NCBI GenBank assembly: GCA_936916975.1
Contig: CAKZGO010000012.1
Coordinates: forward strand, 1,775-65,774
DNA length: 64,000 bases
From: an uncultured Dongia sp.
GTDB lineage: Bacteria > Pseudomonadota > Alphaproteobacteria > Dongiales > Dongiaceae
Reading direction: 5' to 3'
Shown: positions 30,500 through 40,321 of the stretch, piece after piece
How positions within the stretch are numbered: position 1 is the first letter of the stretch
How the letters are laid out: every line of letters starts with the position of its first letter
Notes under the pieces: generated by a model
What the model was told of the DNA's origin: nothing
Databases searched by the model: none
Seen by the model: only the letters and a program-made list of their open reading frames with translations
Program-made: the position numbers and the translations under genes

Positions 30500-33400
30500 T
30501 CATGTGCGGTCGTAACGGAGATAGGCGTTGTTCATCGCCGTGCTTTGCGTCAGGGCGCGCATCGCGTTGGACATGTCCTGACGCAAACCGACGACCTCGC
30601 GCTGCAGGGCCTGCAATTGGCGGGTCGCCGCGGAACCGGTTTCACGGAACAACGACGAGTTGCCGGCCCGCTGTGTTTCCAGATCCCGGGTCGGGCTGGC
30701 ATTGGCACTGCTCAATGACGACATCCGGTCGACGGCCGCGGCATCCGCCGCGGAGCTGCCAGATCCGCCCACCGTGCCGCTCGGCGCGCTGCCAGGGGCG
30801 CCAGCACCGCCGAAGACGTCCGCACCCATGTTGATCTCAAACGGTCGCCCCAACAGATCGCTGATCTGATCGGCGACAAGACCAAGCCCGGGAATGCCCG
30901 CCACCAGGCCGGCAAGTGATGCCAGCCCGACGACTGGATCCCACCCCCAATTAGCCCGCCCGGTTTGACCCGGCATATTGGGTTGGCTGTACCCCGGGGC
31001 GGTCGGGTCCATTTCATTGAAGCCCACCAGTCCGGCGAAGAAGTTGACGACCTTTTCGAAGACGCTATCGTCAATCCCGCTTTGATCGCGCACAGCCTCA
31101 TTGACATTGGCGGCGACCTGATCTTGCACTTGGTACATATCGCGCGTCGGGCCGGCGGGCCCGCCAAATGATCCAGCCGCGTTGCCCGTGTTTTGGCTGG
31201 TATCGCCGGTGTTCTGCATGCCGGCGGCCTTCATGCTGTCCGCATACTCCTTGTAGGCTTTGTCGACGGGCGTGCCACCAGACGACTTGTTACCGCCTTT
31301 GCCGTCACCCTTGCTGTTGGCGCCGCCAGACTGCTTGCCTGTGGCGCCACCTTCCTTGGTATCGGCGCCATACTTGAACTCCAGCAGGCCGCTCCGGGAA
31401 TTGATCGTCCCCGATCCACCCATGCGGTGCAGCAGCCCGATCACCTCACTCTTGTTGGTGTGAATGAGTTGGGTGTCGCCCCCGTCGCCCAAGCCAGCAA
31501 CGAACTGTGCTGCCTGCCGGCCGTTGATGATGCGCGACGGCGATCCGATGTTGATCAGCTCTTCGCCCTTCTCACCCACCCGCGCCAACCCATGGGCGAT
31601 GCCGCCGCCGGCAAACTGCGGAATGTCGGATGTCAACCCACCCAGCGCCTTCGTCTGTGCCAGCACATCCTTGAACGCCGCCACGAATTCAGGCGTCGAG
31701 GCGAAGAACTCCCGCATCAACGACAGATATTGATCGGCCGCCGGCAGGAACGCGCCCTTATCGCCACTGGCGACCGCCGCGTCATAGGCGGATTTGGCGC
31801 CGGCCAACTGCATTTCGGGCGCCACGGCTGAATCTGCGCCATAGACCAGACCGTCGAAGAAGGTCTGAAAACTGGACCCGACCGAACTCAACCCCTGCTC
31901 GACGATGGCCTGGCGCTTCAACGCATACAGTTCTTCGACGTCGGCGATGGCGATGCCAAGGCGCTCGGCCACGGCAACACGGGCTGCCTTCTCTTTTTCG
32001 AGTTCCTTGAGGGCCAGTGCCTCCGGGTCTTTTAACCCCAGCAGTTCATCGGCAACACCTTCGGCAAAGTTGTCGCGAAACACGCTGTCGATATGGTCGA
32101 CCGCCAGGCCGAACTCATCCGCCGTCGATTTGGCGGCGCGCATATTGCGCTCGAGTTCCTTGATCGCCTCGGCAGCCGCCTGCGCCGGGTTGCGGATCTG
32201 ATCGACGCGGTCATAGAACTTGCCGAACTCGACCATCCGGGTGAGGTCTTCCGGATCGGAAACGCCGACGCGGTTGTTCTCATTAAACACATTCGTGAAA
32301 ATGGCTTTGATCGTGTCGGAAACGCCCGTCACCAGGCCCTTTTCGACGGCGATGGCCAGGCTGCCCGACAGGAACATCGGCAGCAATTCTTCGGCGGTGT
32401 TGGCGGTACCGACATTCTCGCCCGCGAACGACCCATAATAATAGGTCTTCTCGCCCTTCTTCTTCTTGCCCTTGACCCGCGCCTGATAGACGCCCTGCAC
32501 CTGTGCATCAGCCGACGGATCGAACTCGGCGCCAAGCTCACTGAAAAAATCATTGAACGCATCAACCACAGCGCCGCCGAGCTTGGCGCCCTCGCCGGCA
32601 TTGGCGGTAACGCCCTTGCCTTTGGTCTTGGCGAAACTGCTCTCCATGTCGAGCATGCCGAACTCGTCGAAACCGAGTGACGCGCCGACGGTCGACTTGA
32701 CCTTCTTGTATTTGTCCTTCTTGCCGAACAGGCCACCGACCATCTTGCCGAGCATGCCGCCGATGGTGGACCCCACCATCGTGCCGATCGGCCCGAAATA
32801 ACTCCCGGCGATCCCGCCTGCCGCCGCACCCAGCCCGGCACCAATGCTCTCCGCCCCCGTGCCACCCGATGCATAGGTGGCAGCCCCCGCCGCCAACCCA
32901 GCGAACGCACCGCCGCCGATCGGGCTGTTGAGCATCGACGATAGTTGCCCAGCGCCATTCAACCCGAACAGGCCAGCGGAGGCTGTGCCTGGCGCGATCT
33001 GGCTGGAGACACCAGCACCACCTTTGCCCATCGCACCCAGTGTGGAACCTGAATTTCCAAGCAGCATCGTGCCGATGCCGGTATTCCACTGGCCAGCAGA
33101 GAATGTGCCGGGGCTAAGTAGATTTGAGAGGTTAAACCCGCCCGTCAGGCTATTGCCGCCATTCACACCGGTAACACCAACGCCGCTACTGCCAAGCGAT
33201 TGGCCCGTCGCACCCCCCAACAGTTGTGGCTGAAAGATCAGCAGGGTAGAGAGTTCGGCGGCCAGATGCGTGAACATCTTGAATACGCCGTCGCTCAGCG
33301 ACGAGAAGCTGTCGATGCCGTTGTTGTAGATGTCGTCGAAGAAATCAGTAAACGAGCGCTGCACGCCGTCGAGCGCGTTTTCAAACGGCTTCGCCAGTAG

Positions 33401-35053
33401 ATCCGCCTGCCTGTCCGCTATCCGCTGCTGCTCCTTGGCAATGTCTTCGATGGCTTTAAGACGGTCCTTGGCGGCGTCATCGTCCTTCTTCTGGTTCTTC
33501 GCCATTTCATCCATGAACCCAAGGAGCGTTTCCCACTCTTCGGTTTCCTTGACGATTAGGTCGATGGTCGTGCGCGCCTGCGCGATGCCCTTGTCATTGA
33601 TGTTAATCAATCCAGACTTTATCTGGCTTTCCAGTTCAAGCAGGGAATTCTGTCGCGCGCGCTCGACCGAACTCATACCGATCTGCAACCGCTCGATCTC
33701 CAACCCGTGTACAAATTCATCGAGTTTTTTCGATGCTTCTGCTCGAGATGTTGTGGCTTTTGTGAGCTCGTCCGCGAGGGCCCCGGCTTGCGCGGCCGCA
33801 GCCGCGTCTTTCATTGCCTGCTCACCTGCAGAAATGGCATAATTTTCGCTTGCCGTCGTCGCGATCTTGGTCCAACGGGTTAGTGTTTCAAGGCCCTCAA
33901 TCTGCATCTTGATGGCATCGACATTCGCCTGTGCCTCGGCAATGACGGTGTCGCCAAACGACCGGTGATGAACCTTATCATTCGACGCCGTTTTCTTGGC
34001 GTCGGTCAGATCCTGTTCGGCTCTAGCAAGATCACTTCGCAAGCTCGCGAGGCTCTCCGCGGGCGTTGCACCATGGACGACCTTTGCCCAGCGCTCCGAC
34101 CGCTCGATTACCCCGTCAAGGATGCCGGTCAGTCCACCGATAACGCCGAAGCTGTTTCCCATCCTCTCAATGAACACGTTCCATGAATCGCCGAGGCGAT
34201 TGATCGACCCGGTCAAGCCCGTCTGTTCACCCTCGGCGGCGCCTCCGACGCGCTTTTCCAATTCACCCAGGATGATCCCTTGCGCCTTGGCGAGCTCGCC
34301 GGACTTGACCAGCGAGACGACAAGATCACGTTGCGCAGCGCTCAAGCGCACGCCGGATTTCGTCAGATCGTCATAACCTGAGATCGGATCTTCCAGCGCC
34401 TTGCCAAGTTTCAGCACCGCGCTATTGAGATCCATATCGAACACGGTGGCGAGATCCGCCGCGTCTCGGATGACGCGTTTAAACGTGTCGCCAGCAATAC
34501 CGCGGAATGTGGCGAGGCGTGCCGACGCTTCCTTGATTTGGGAATCGCCGAACAGTGTCTTGTTCTGCATCTGGGTAGCGAATTGACCCAGTTGATTGGC
34601 CGTGAGCCCAGCTGCATTGCCGGTTGCCCGCAACACCAGTTCCATCTTGCGCTGTGCGCGTTCGGCATTCTCCGCCGCCATAATTGACGCGGTAAAGGCG
34701 GCGGTCAGCGCGCCAACCCCTGCCGCCGCCACCAGCCCAGCCGGGCCAATAGCCCCCATGACAACGCCCACCGGACCCAGCCGCTGCGCAAAGCCATCGG
34801 CGAATACAGCAGCTTCACGGCCCGCAGCACCTAGCGCCTTGCCGGTCGCCGACGATTCCCGCGCAACCTGGGTCAGGCGGTCTTTTGTCTTCGCCAAGGC
34901 CGCATCGGCGCCGCGTAAGCCATTGGCAAGACCCGGTGCCGCATCCTGCAGCTTATTGAAGACGCGGGCGCCCTCGGTCCCCAGCCCCTTCAGATCGCGC
35001 TCAAGTTCCTTGAGCCCCTCCGAAGTGATGCGAAAGGTCCACGTCTTTGCCAT
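30500..35053 (-). CDS. Tail tape measure protein
   Basis: 1,517 aa, the largest phage ORF. It has long Ala/Glu/Lys/Leu coiled-coil stretches and Gly-rich segments, and follows the chaperone pair. Confidence 0.85.
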   Translation of the reverse strand: MAKTWTFRITSEGLKELERDLKGLGTEGARVFNKLQDAAPGLANGLRGADAALAKTKDRLTQVARESSATGKALGAAGREAAVFADGFAQRLGPVGVVMGAIGPAGLVAAAGVGALTAAFTASIMAAENAERAQRKMELVLRATGNAAGLTANQLGQFATQMQNKTLFGDSQIKEASARLATFRGIAGDTFKRVIRDAADLATVFDMDLNSAVLKLGKALEDPISGYDDLTKSGVRLSAAQRDLVVSLVKSGELAKAQGIILGELEKRVGGAAEGEQTGLTGSINRLGDSWNVFIERMGNSFGVIGGLTGILDGVIERSERWAKVVHGATPAESLASLRSDLARAEQDLTDAKKTASNDKVHHRSFGDTVIAEAQANVDAIKMQIEGLETLTRWTKIATTASENYAISAGEQAMKDAAAAAQAGALADELTKATTSRAEASKKLDEFVHGLEIERLQIGMSSVERARQNSLLELESQIKSGLININDKGIAQARTTIDLIVKETEEWETLLGFMDEMAKNQKKDDDAAKDRLKAIEDIAKEQQRIADRQADLLAKPFENALDGVQRSFTDFFDDIYNNGIDSFSSLSDGVFKMFTHLAAELSTLLIFQPQLLGGATGQSLGSSGVGVTGVNGGNSLTGGFNLSNLLSPGTFSAGQWNTGIGTMLLGNSGSTLGAMGKGGAGVSSQIAPGTASAGLFGLNGAGQLSSMLNSPIGGGAFAGLAAGAATYASGGTGAESIGAGLGAAAGGIAGSYFGPIGTMVGSTIGGMLGKMVGGLFGKKDKYKKVKSTVGASLGFDEFGMLDMESSFAKTKGKGVTANAGEGAKLGGAVVDAFNDFFSELGAEFDPSADAQVQGVYQARVKGKKKKGEKTYYYGSFAGENVGTANTAEELLPMFLSGSLAIAVEKGLVTGVSDTIKAIFTNVFNENNRVGVSDPEDLTRMVEFGKFYDRVDQIRNPAQAAAEAIKELERNMRAAKSTADEFGLAVDHIDSVFRDNFAEGVADELLGLKDPEALALKELEKEKAARVAVAERLGIAIADVEELYALKRQAIVEQGLSSVGSSFQTFFDGLVYGADSAVAPEMQLAGAKSAYDAAVASGDKGAFLPAADQYLSLMREFFASTPEFVAAFKDVLAQTKALGGLTSDIPQFAGGGIAHGLARVGEKGEELINIGSPSRIINGRQAAQFVAGLGDGGDTQLIHTNKSEVIGLLHRMGGSGTINSRSGLLEFKYGADTKEGGATGKQSGGANSKGDGKGGNKSSGGTPVDKAYKEYADSMKAAGMQNTGDTSQNTGNAAGSFGGPAGPTRDMYQVQDQVAANVNEAVRDQSGIDDSVFEKVVNFFAGLVGFNEMDPTAPGYSQPNMPGQTGRANWGWDPVVGLASLAGLVAGIPGLGLVADQISDLLGRPFEINMGADVFGGAGAPGSAPSGTVGGSGSSAADAAAVDRMSSLSSANASPTRDLETQRAGNSSLFRETGSAATRQLQALQREVVGLRQDMSNAMRALTQSTAMNNAYLRYDRT

Positions 35054-35127
35054 GTTTGCTTGGTTCCTAGCCCCGTAACATTGGGGTTGGTGGGGTGGCC
35101 ATTGTTACGGGGCTAATCAAACGCCCC

Positions 35128-35889
35128 CTACAGATCCGGCAGTGCTTTATCGATCAAGCCCGGCACCCGCGCCGCCCACAATTCGGGCAGCCCGTCGATC
35201 GTGATACGACGCTTGACCGTCGCCTGCGGCACCAGAATGAACAGCACCACATCCTCTTCGATGTTCCGCCGCGCGCGCTTGCCCGGCGTCGGCTTCCGGT
35301 ATCCGCCGCGCTTGCCGCGCCCGACTGCAAGATCCGCGACGATGAACAAAGTGCCCTTGGCATTACTAGCCTTGGGCACGACCAACCGCGTCTTGATCCC
35401 CAACCCGTAACTGCTGCTGACAAACGCAGCACCACCGCGCGCCTTCAACAATCCCTTGCCGGCCTCGGTCGGGATGGCGAGATACCTTCCACCTTTAGCG
35501 CGGATAATGGCGCCATTGGCATAGGCTTCGATGATGGCGCGGGTCTTGACACCCTTGACATAGATCCACCCGGCGGCGGCGAAACTGGCCCCATTGCGCG
35601 GAAACATCTCAGCCCTGATGGCGTTGGGCAGCTTGTCGCCCAACCCACCGGCCACCACCGCACGTCGCAGATCTGTCTTCAACCCCTCGGTCGCGACTTT
35701 GATACCGGCCGTCACCGCAGCCGCCGCGATATTGGCATTGCGCGCCAACCATTCCTGGAACGGCCCCGTGCCACCCGGGCCGGTGACACGCATCCCGGAC
35801 ATGAAACTGCCCTTCTGAAACGACGATGTCGCTCGCCCGCGGGGTGCTTCCGTGGGCGGGATGATTTCTGCCTTGACGCGGATGGACAT
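35128..35889 (-). CDS. Phage protein between the chaperones and the tape measure (unknown function)
   Basis: I take ATG 35887-35889 (MSIRVKAEII...), 253 aa, which overlaps the T-frame stop as TGATG. The upstream part of the 324-aa track ORF is shadow sequence. Confidence 0.55.
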   Translation of the reverse strand: MSIRVKAEIIPPTEAPRGRATSSFQKGSFMSGMRVTGPGGTGPFQEWLARNANIAAAAVTAGIKVATEGLKTDLRRAVVAGGLGDKLPNAIRAEMFPRNGASFAAAGWIYVKGVKTRAIIEAYANGAIIRAKGGRYLAIPTEAGKGLLKARGGAAFVSSSYGLGIKTRLVVPKASNAKGTLFIVADLAVGRGKRGGYRKPTPGKRARRNIEEDVVLFILVPQATVKRRITIDGLPELWAARVPGLIDKALPDL

Positions 35890-36760
35890 CACCGCCCCTT
35901 CAACTCGTGAAACGTCGCGGCGATCACCCCAAACGCTTCCATCAGCCAGTTGCATTGATCGTTGACGCCGCCCGCATCCGGCAACCGCGCCATCTCGCCC
36001 ATGCCGCCGCGGCACAGCTGATAGAGCTCGACCACCTCGAAATAGATCGGCGGCAGGTCTAGCTTTGGGTTGCGGGTGTAGCTGTCTTGACCGATCTCCC
36101 ACGCGCTGCCGTCTGGGGCGGTTTCTCCGCAGGCGAAGTCGCCGGGTCGGGCGGCAATGGTGGCGGCAATTCGGAGTTTTTTACGTCGGCCGCCTTGGGC
36201 CGCATGATGCTCATGATCTCGGTCCACAATTCGTTGAGTTCATCGTCGCTGATGCCCTCAACCAACACCTCTTCCATGAGGTCGTCGGCGCCACGCTTGA
36301 ATACCGCGGCGCGGTTCTCCCAACCGGCAACGAAGACACGGGTGGCGATGACCGGCGCCATGTTCATATAGAACCGGTTGTCAGCCACCATCTGGCGCAT
36401 CTGTGGATCGACCTTGCGCACCATCATGTCGATGCCACGCCAATCCATTTGATCGCTGACGAGTTGAGCAACGTCGGTATCCCGCGCGTCACCATCAGGC
36501 ATCGCTTGAGTCGTCAACCGGTCGATGATGGCCAGTATGTCCGCGCGATTATCGATATCGAGCTTGGCAACAACCTCTCTCGCGCGCGCATAGAGGCCCA
36601 TGATGCCGTAATGGGTGACGCCAGCTGAGATCAGTTCCCGGTCATAGATATGGCGCAGGGTGCGGGTGGGGATCTGCAGCAGATAGACGGGGGGTGATGG
36701 CAGGGACTTGACGCTGTCCGGGGTGAACCGGTGCAGCCCCTTGGCAGAGGTGGGGGTCAT
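35889..36760 (-). CDS. Tail assembly chaperone frameshift product (gpGT analogue, -1 PRF)
   Basis: After a -1 slip on A_AAA_AAC the reading continues as ...VKKLRIAATIAARPGDFACGETAPDG...DLPPIYFEVVELYQL... to the stop at 35889. This is exactly the frame of the 35889..36227 track ORF. The 872-nt length fits one -1 shift. Confidence 0.65.
36059..36760 (-). CDS. Tail assembly chaperone (gpG analogue)
   Basis: I take ATG 36758-36760 (MTPTSAKG...), 233 aa. It lies between the tail tube gene and the tape measure and contains the slippery heptamer near its 3' end. Confidence 0.65.
   Translation of the reverse strand: MTPTSAKGLHRFTPDSVKSLPSPPVYLLQIPTRTLRHIYDRELISAGVTHYGIMGLYARAREVVAKLDIDNRADILAIIDRLTTQAMPDGDARDTDVAQLVSDQMDWRGIDMMVRKVDPQMRQMVADNRFYMNMAPVIATRVFVAGWENRAAVFKRGADDLMEEVLVEGISDDELNELWTEIMSIMRPKAADVKNSELPPPLPPDPATSPAEKPPQTAARGRSVKTATPATQS
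36176..36182 (-). other. Programmed -1 ribosomal frameshift slippery heptamer A_AAA_AAC
   Basis: The minus strand reads GAC GTA AAA AAC TCC in the G frame (X_XXY_YYZ pattern). It lies in the 169-nt overlap between the G and T frames. Confidence 0.65.
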
Positions 36761-36820
36761 GGGAGAAAACCTTATAGTGGAGAGTTGACGCCAGCGGTTG
36801 CCGACACGATGAGGGAGCAC

Positions 36821-36847
36821 CAGTTGCCCGGCAATTCCGGGCAACTG
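36821..36847 (-). other. Perfect 11-bp stem-loop immediately 3' of the tail tube gene
   Basis: CAGTTGCCCGG-caatt-CCGGGCAACTG, located 8 nt past the stop codon. No U-tract follows. Confidence 0.6.
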
Positions 36848-36855
36848 GATATCAA

Positions 36856-38256
36856 TTACCAAACAACGATCTGCGCGCCGCTATCCTGGCCTTGAGCGAA
36901 GAACCCGACCGCTTCGGTCGAGAGGCCTTCCTTGTCGCCGGGTGCGAACGTCTCATAGAAGGCCAACGGCACGGTGACGCCGATCCGATTGCCAGGTGCC
37001 GCGGCACCGCCCTGGACCCGGCCATGCAGGATGCTGTTGAGGCCGGCGCGGAACTTGGCGAAGAGATCGCGCGTGGCCTTGAGGGTGGCAAAGGGGTCCA
37101 TCGACCCACCGACGCGGCGACCGGTGAACTGCGGCGGCGAGAAACCTTCCTGCTGGTTGGGATCGTCCGGGAAGGTCAACTGACCGTTGCTGCCCAGCGA
37201 GAACGTGCTGAGGGCCGCCGCCTGACGGTTGATGAGGAAGGCCGAATTGCGCCAGGTGGGCGGCCGCGTGCCGTCGTAGGTCGGTGTCGGCACCGCGGCA
37301 TCGCCCTGGCTTTCGAACATCGCGGAAATCGTGAAGTTGCCGGAGCAGGCGCCACCGCTTTCCAGCGTGAAATCGATGTTGCCGCGGGCGCCGGCGAACC
37401 GATAGACGACACCGTCCATGTAATATTCGAACGACGCCGACGGAATGCCCGTCGAGATCGGCTGATAGAAGACGTGCGCGGGAATGCCGAGATCCGTCAC
37501 GTTGTCGAGCGCGGGGGAGAACAGATCCGTGAAGGTCGCAACGCGGGCCGCCGTGTAATCGGCGATAAAGCTGAGCTTCGGCGTGGCTGGATTGCCTGAC
37601 AACAGCACCGGTTTGCCACGATAGAGCTGCGCTGTGGCTGCCCAGGGCGCCTGCGCCGTGGCGCTGATCGTGGTGCCGCCCGTCGCCGCCGCACCCGCGA
37701 TACCGCGGCGGATGGTGACGCTGTCGCCCGCTGCCTCGACCACCAACGCGGCCGGGGTGCCGTCGACATTGGAAACAGTGATGGCACCGGCAGCCGACGC
37801 CGTCACCACCAGTTCGCGGTTGACGTTCGCGGCCTCCGTAAAGCCCTTGACGAAGATCGGGGTGCCGACGGTGAGGGCCGCGAGGCCGCTGCCGGAATCG
37901 CTGATCTCATCGACATCGGTCACCGAGATCGTGGTTGCCGTGATATCGGTCAACGTCACCGTTTCGGCCCAGCTGCAGATCTTCAGCAGCTTGCCCCATT
38001 CTGGGGCCACGCCCGGCTCGCCCGGACCTTTCAGATAGATCTTGCCGGTGATCTGGCATTGCATGCCACCCACCAACGGACCGCGCCCGTCCAGCGAACC
38101 GGTCACTTCGTTGGTTTCGGTGTTCTGAGGGTTGAAGGCGATCTGCGGGCTTTCCACCAGAATGCCGCCGGTGGCGCCGTCCGGCGCGTCGAAGACGCCT
38201 TCGACGGACTCAAGCTTCATCAGCATCGCCGCGTTGCGCGAACGAATGAATGGCAT
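36856..38256 (-). CDS. Major tail (tube) protein candidate
   Basis: 466 aa. It occupies the conserved position between the head-tail connector genes and the G/GT chaperone pair. Confidence 0.6.
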   Translation of the reverse strand: MPFIRSRNAAMLMKLESVEGVFDAPDGATGGILVESPQIAFNPQNTETNEVTGSLDGRGPLVGGMQCQITGKIYLKGPGEPGVAPEWGKLLKICSWAETVTLTDITATTISVTDVDEISDSGSGLAALTVGTPIFVKGFTEAANVNRELVVTASAAGAITVSNVDGTPAALVVEAAGDSVTIRRGIAGAAATGGTTISATAQAPWAATAQLYRGKPVLLSGNPATPKLSFIADYTAARVATFTDLFSPALDNVTDLGIPAHVFYQPISTGIPSASFEYYMDGVVYRFAGARGNIDFTLESGGACSGNFTISAMFESQGDAAVPTPTYDGTRPPTWRNSAFLINRQAAALSTFSLGSNGQLTFPDDPNQQEGFSPPQFTGRRVGGSMDPFATLKATRDLFAKFRAGLNSILHGRVQGGAAAPGNRIGVTVPLAFYETFAPGDKEGLSTEAVGFFAQGQDSGAQIVVW

Positions 38257-38279
38257 CGAACTCTCCTATGTTTGCGGGT

Positions 38280-38729
38280 TTACGGCGCCAGCTGATCCGG
38301 AGCGTTATCTTGCGTCCAGTAATCGACCAGCAATTGCAGTTGGAAACTTGCGACAAACGGCGCGCCGCGCGTGCGGTCTATCGCCACCACGAATGCGCCT
38401 TCCTGTGTGTCGACCGCCAGGCCGCCATAGCTCGGGTCCGCCATCACGGCCTTGATGACGGCCACATACAGCGCGTTGGCGAGCGTGCCTTGGGCACCTT
38501 CGGCACCCGCTTTGACCATGCCGTCGACCGACATCGACATGCGGTATTCTTTGAGTGACGCGGTTGACGCGATCACTTCTTGGTCCCCGTCGACCGGGAT
38601 CAGCACCGGCAGATTCTCGTCATCTTCCGGATAGGAAATGTTGCGGTGGACCTCCAGGCCGGGGAAACCGACGATGGTTCCGAGCCGCGCCTTGATGGCC
38701 TCAAGGATCTGTTCGCGCACTGCTGTCAT
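38280..38729 (-). CDS. Tail terminator/head-tail connector protein candidate
   Basis: 149 aa, assigned by position and size. It overlaps the upstream gene stop. Confidence 0.45.
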   Translation of the reverse strand: MTAVREQILEAIKARLGTIVGFPGLEVHRNISYPEDDENLPVLIPVDGDQEVIASTASLKEYRMSMSVDGMVKAGAEGAQGTLANALYVAVIKAVMADPSYGGLAVDTQEGAFVVAIDRTRGAPFVASFQLQLLVDYWTQDNAPDQLAP

Positions 38730-39082
38730 ATTTTCACCAGGTCAAGGGTCCACACCAGCGCGCAGCGATCCGACCGATCCGGCCTCTTGGTCACTTGCAG
38801 TACTTCGGCACCCGGTGCCCAGACGCCGGGGCTTGTCTCGATATAGGGCGTCACCGTGTCGCCCTGTGCCGGTGTCGGCACTTCAGATACCCGCACATCG
38901 ATCAACCGCTGTTGCCCCTGCACGGCGATGCTGCCGACATCGCGCCGATAATCCGGCGACGTGGCGATCACGCGCACCTTCACGGCCGGGCCTGGCGCCT
39001 TGTAGTAGTCAGCATCCCGCGCGATGTCGGATGCAAAGGCGGCATCGACTGCCATCTGTTCAATCGACATCGATATCTCCAC
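38726..39082 (-). CDS. Head-tail joining protein candidate
   Basis: 118 aa, the first ORF after the capsid gene. Confidence 0.45.
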   Translation of the reverse strand: MEISMSIEQMAVDAAFASDIARDADYYKAPGPAVKVRVIATSPDYRRDVGSIAVQGQQRLIDVRVSEVPTPAQGDTVTPYIETSPGVWAPGAEVLQVTKRPDRSDRCALVWTLDLVKI

Positions 39083-39115
39083 TGTTCATCCAGCAAGAAG
39101 TTGGCGCATCACGGA

Positions 39116-39145
39116 CCCCGCCGGCATGTCATCACGCCGGCGGGG
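39116..39145 (-). other. Perfect 10-bp GC stem-loop 3' of the major capsid gene
   Basis: CCCCGCCGGC-N10-GCCGGCGGGG, located 26 nt past the capsid stop. No U-tract follows. Confidence 0.6.
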
Positions 39146-39170
39146 TGGATCATGCGTCAGTTCTCAGGTG

Positions 39171-40193
39171 TCAGCCGCCCGCGCGACCCTGCCCCAAGGC
39201 ACCCGGCATCGTGCAGACCATCAGCGGATAGGAGGCAACTTCAACGTCGACCCAGGAATTACGGTCCTTGTCGAAGACCACCCAGGAATAGAGTTCCTTG
39301 CCCGGCGTGTTGACGAAGTCGAATGGCTCGGCGGGTGCCCACGCGCGCTGGAAGATGCCGGCATTGACCGGGAAGAACTTCGCCTTGTCGGTCGGGATGC
39401 CGACGGTGGTGTTGTCGTCGGTGCCGCGGTAGTTGATCCAGTCGATGTTGCCGTAAGAGAACGCGCCGAAAGCACTCCCCTTGCGCAAATCCTGCGCCGC
39501 CTGCCAACCCTTGAAAGTCTCGCGCACTTCCTCGGACGTGGTGAGCTGGTCAAAGAACTGATCGCCCGCCAGCGCCGTAATGCGGATGTCGTTGTTGACC
39601 TGCCCATCACCCAGGGCACGCAACATGCCGCGCGCCATGTTATTGCAGGCGATCAAAATTTCACCCACGTCCGCGCCGGCAAAGTCGAAAGCGACTTCGG
39701 CCGGAATCGCCTGCCCGAACTCGGTCGCCCAGTTGTAGATAGTCGATGCATCCTTATCCTTGACCAGCCCCTGGACCGCACCAAGGCAGTGATATTCGAG
39801 GGTCGTGTAGACGTCGCGGGTCAGACGCTGCTGCCGGCGCGCCACTTCGGTCATGACGTTCTGCAGCTCGCTCTCGGTGCCGAAGGCACGCACGTTCTGG
39901 ATTTCATGGGAGTGGATGGTGCTCTTCTTGATAATGCGGCGGGTCCGAAACGACCGCGCCTCGCGTTGATCACCTCCCATCGATTCGGGCGGCGCCCCGC
40001 GGGGGGACGTCTGGATGAGAGCCGGGCCATCCGCGCGGCTCTCGATAAACACATCGGTGGTGGTGACCGGTACATCCTCGAACAAGCCTGGCATATCGAA
40101 CAGCATGCGCGGCGCATGGCCCATCTTGTCGATGGCCCGGGTCATATTGATGGCAGAGAAGGCATCGCCTTTGAATACGTCGATCGTGGCCAT
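39171..40193 (-). CDS. Major capsid protein, lambda gpE family
   Basis: I take ATG 40191-40193 (AAGGAG 8 nt upstream), 340 aa. Its size, its position after the decoration protein and its overall pattern resemble lambda gpE (Phage_cap_E) as I recall it. Confidence 0.8.
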   Translation of the reverse strand: MATIDVFKGDAFSAINMTRAIDKMGHAPRMLFDMPGLFEDVPVTTTDVFIESRADGPALIQTSPRGAPPESMGGDQREARSFRTRRIIKKSTIHSHEIQNVRAFGTESELQNVMTEVARRQQRLTRDVYTTLEYHCLGAVQGLVKDKDASTIYNWATEFGQAIPAEVAFDFAGADVGEILIACNNMARGMLRALGDGQVNNDIRITALAGDQFFDQLTTSEEVRETFKGWQAAQDLRKGSAFGAFSYGNIDWINYRGTDDNTTVGIPTDKAKFFPVNAGIFQRAWAPAEPFDFVNTPGKELYSWVVFDKDRNSWVDVEVASYPLMVCTMPGALGQGRAGG

Positions 40194-40321
40194 CGCTGGC
40201 ACTCCTTTTCAATGAATGCCCGCAAGGCAAAAGCCTGGCCGGGCCGAAACGAGAAAACCCCGCGCAACCATCAGGACGGCGGGGCAGTGAAGGATGAAAA
40301 GCGCGAGAGTACTAGTTCGGA

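Noticed and set aside
40258-40284. Weak hairpin (CCCCGC-N15-GCGGGG followed by a T-rich tract on the minus strand) between the decoration and capsid genes
   Set aside because: The stem is only 6 bp with a 15-nt loop, too weak to call a terminator without data.
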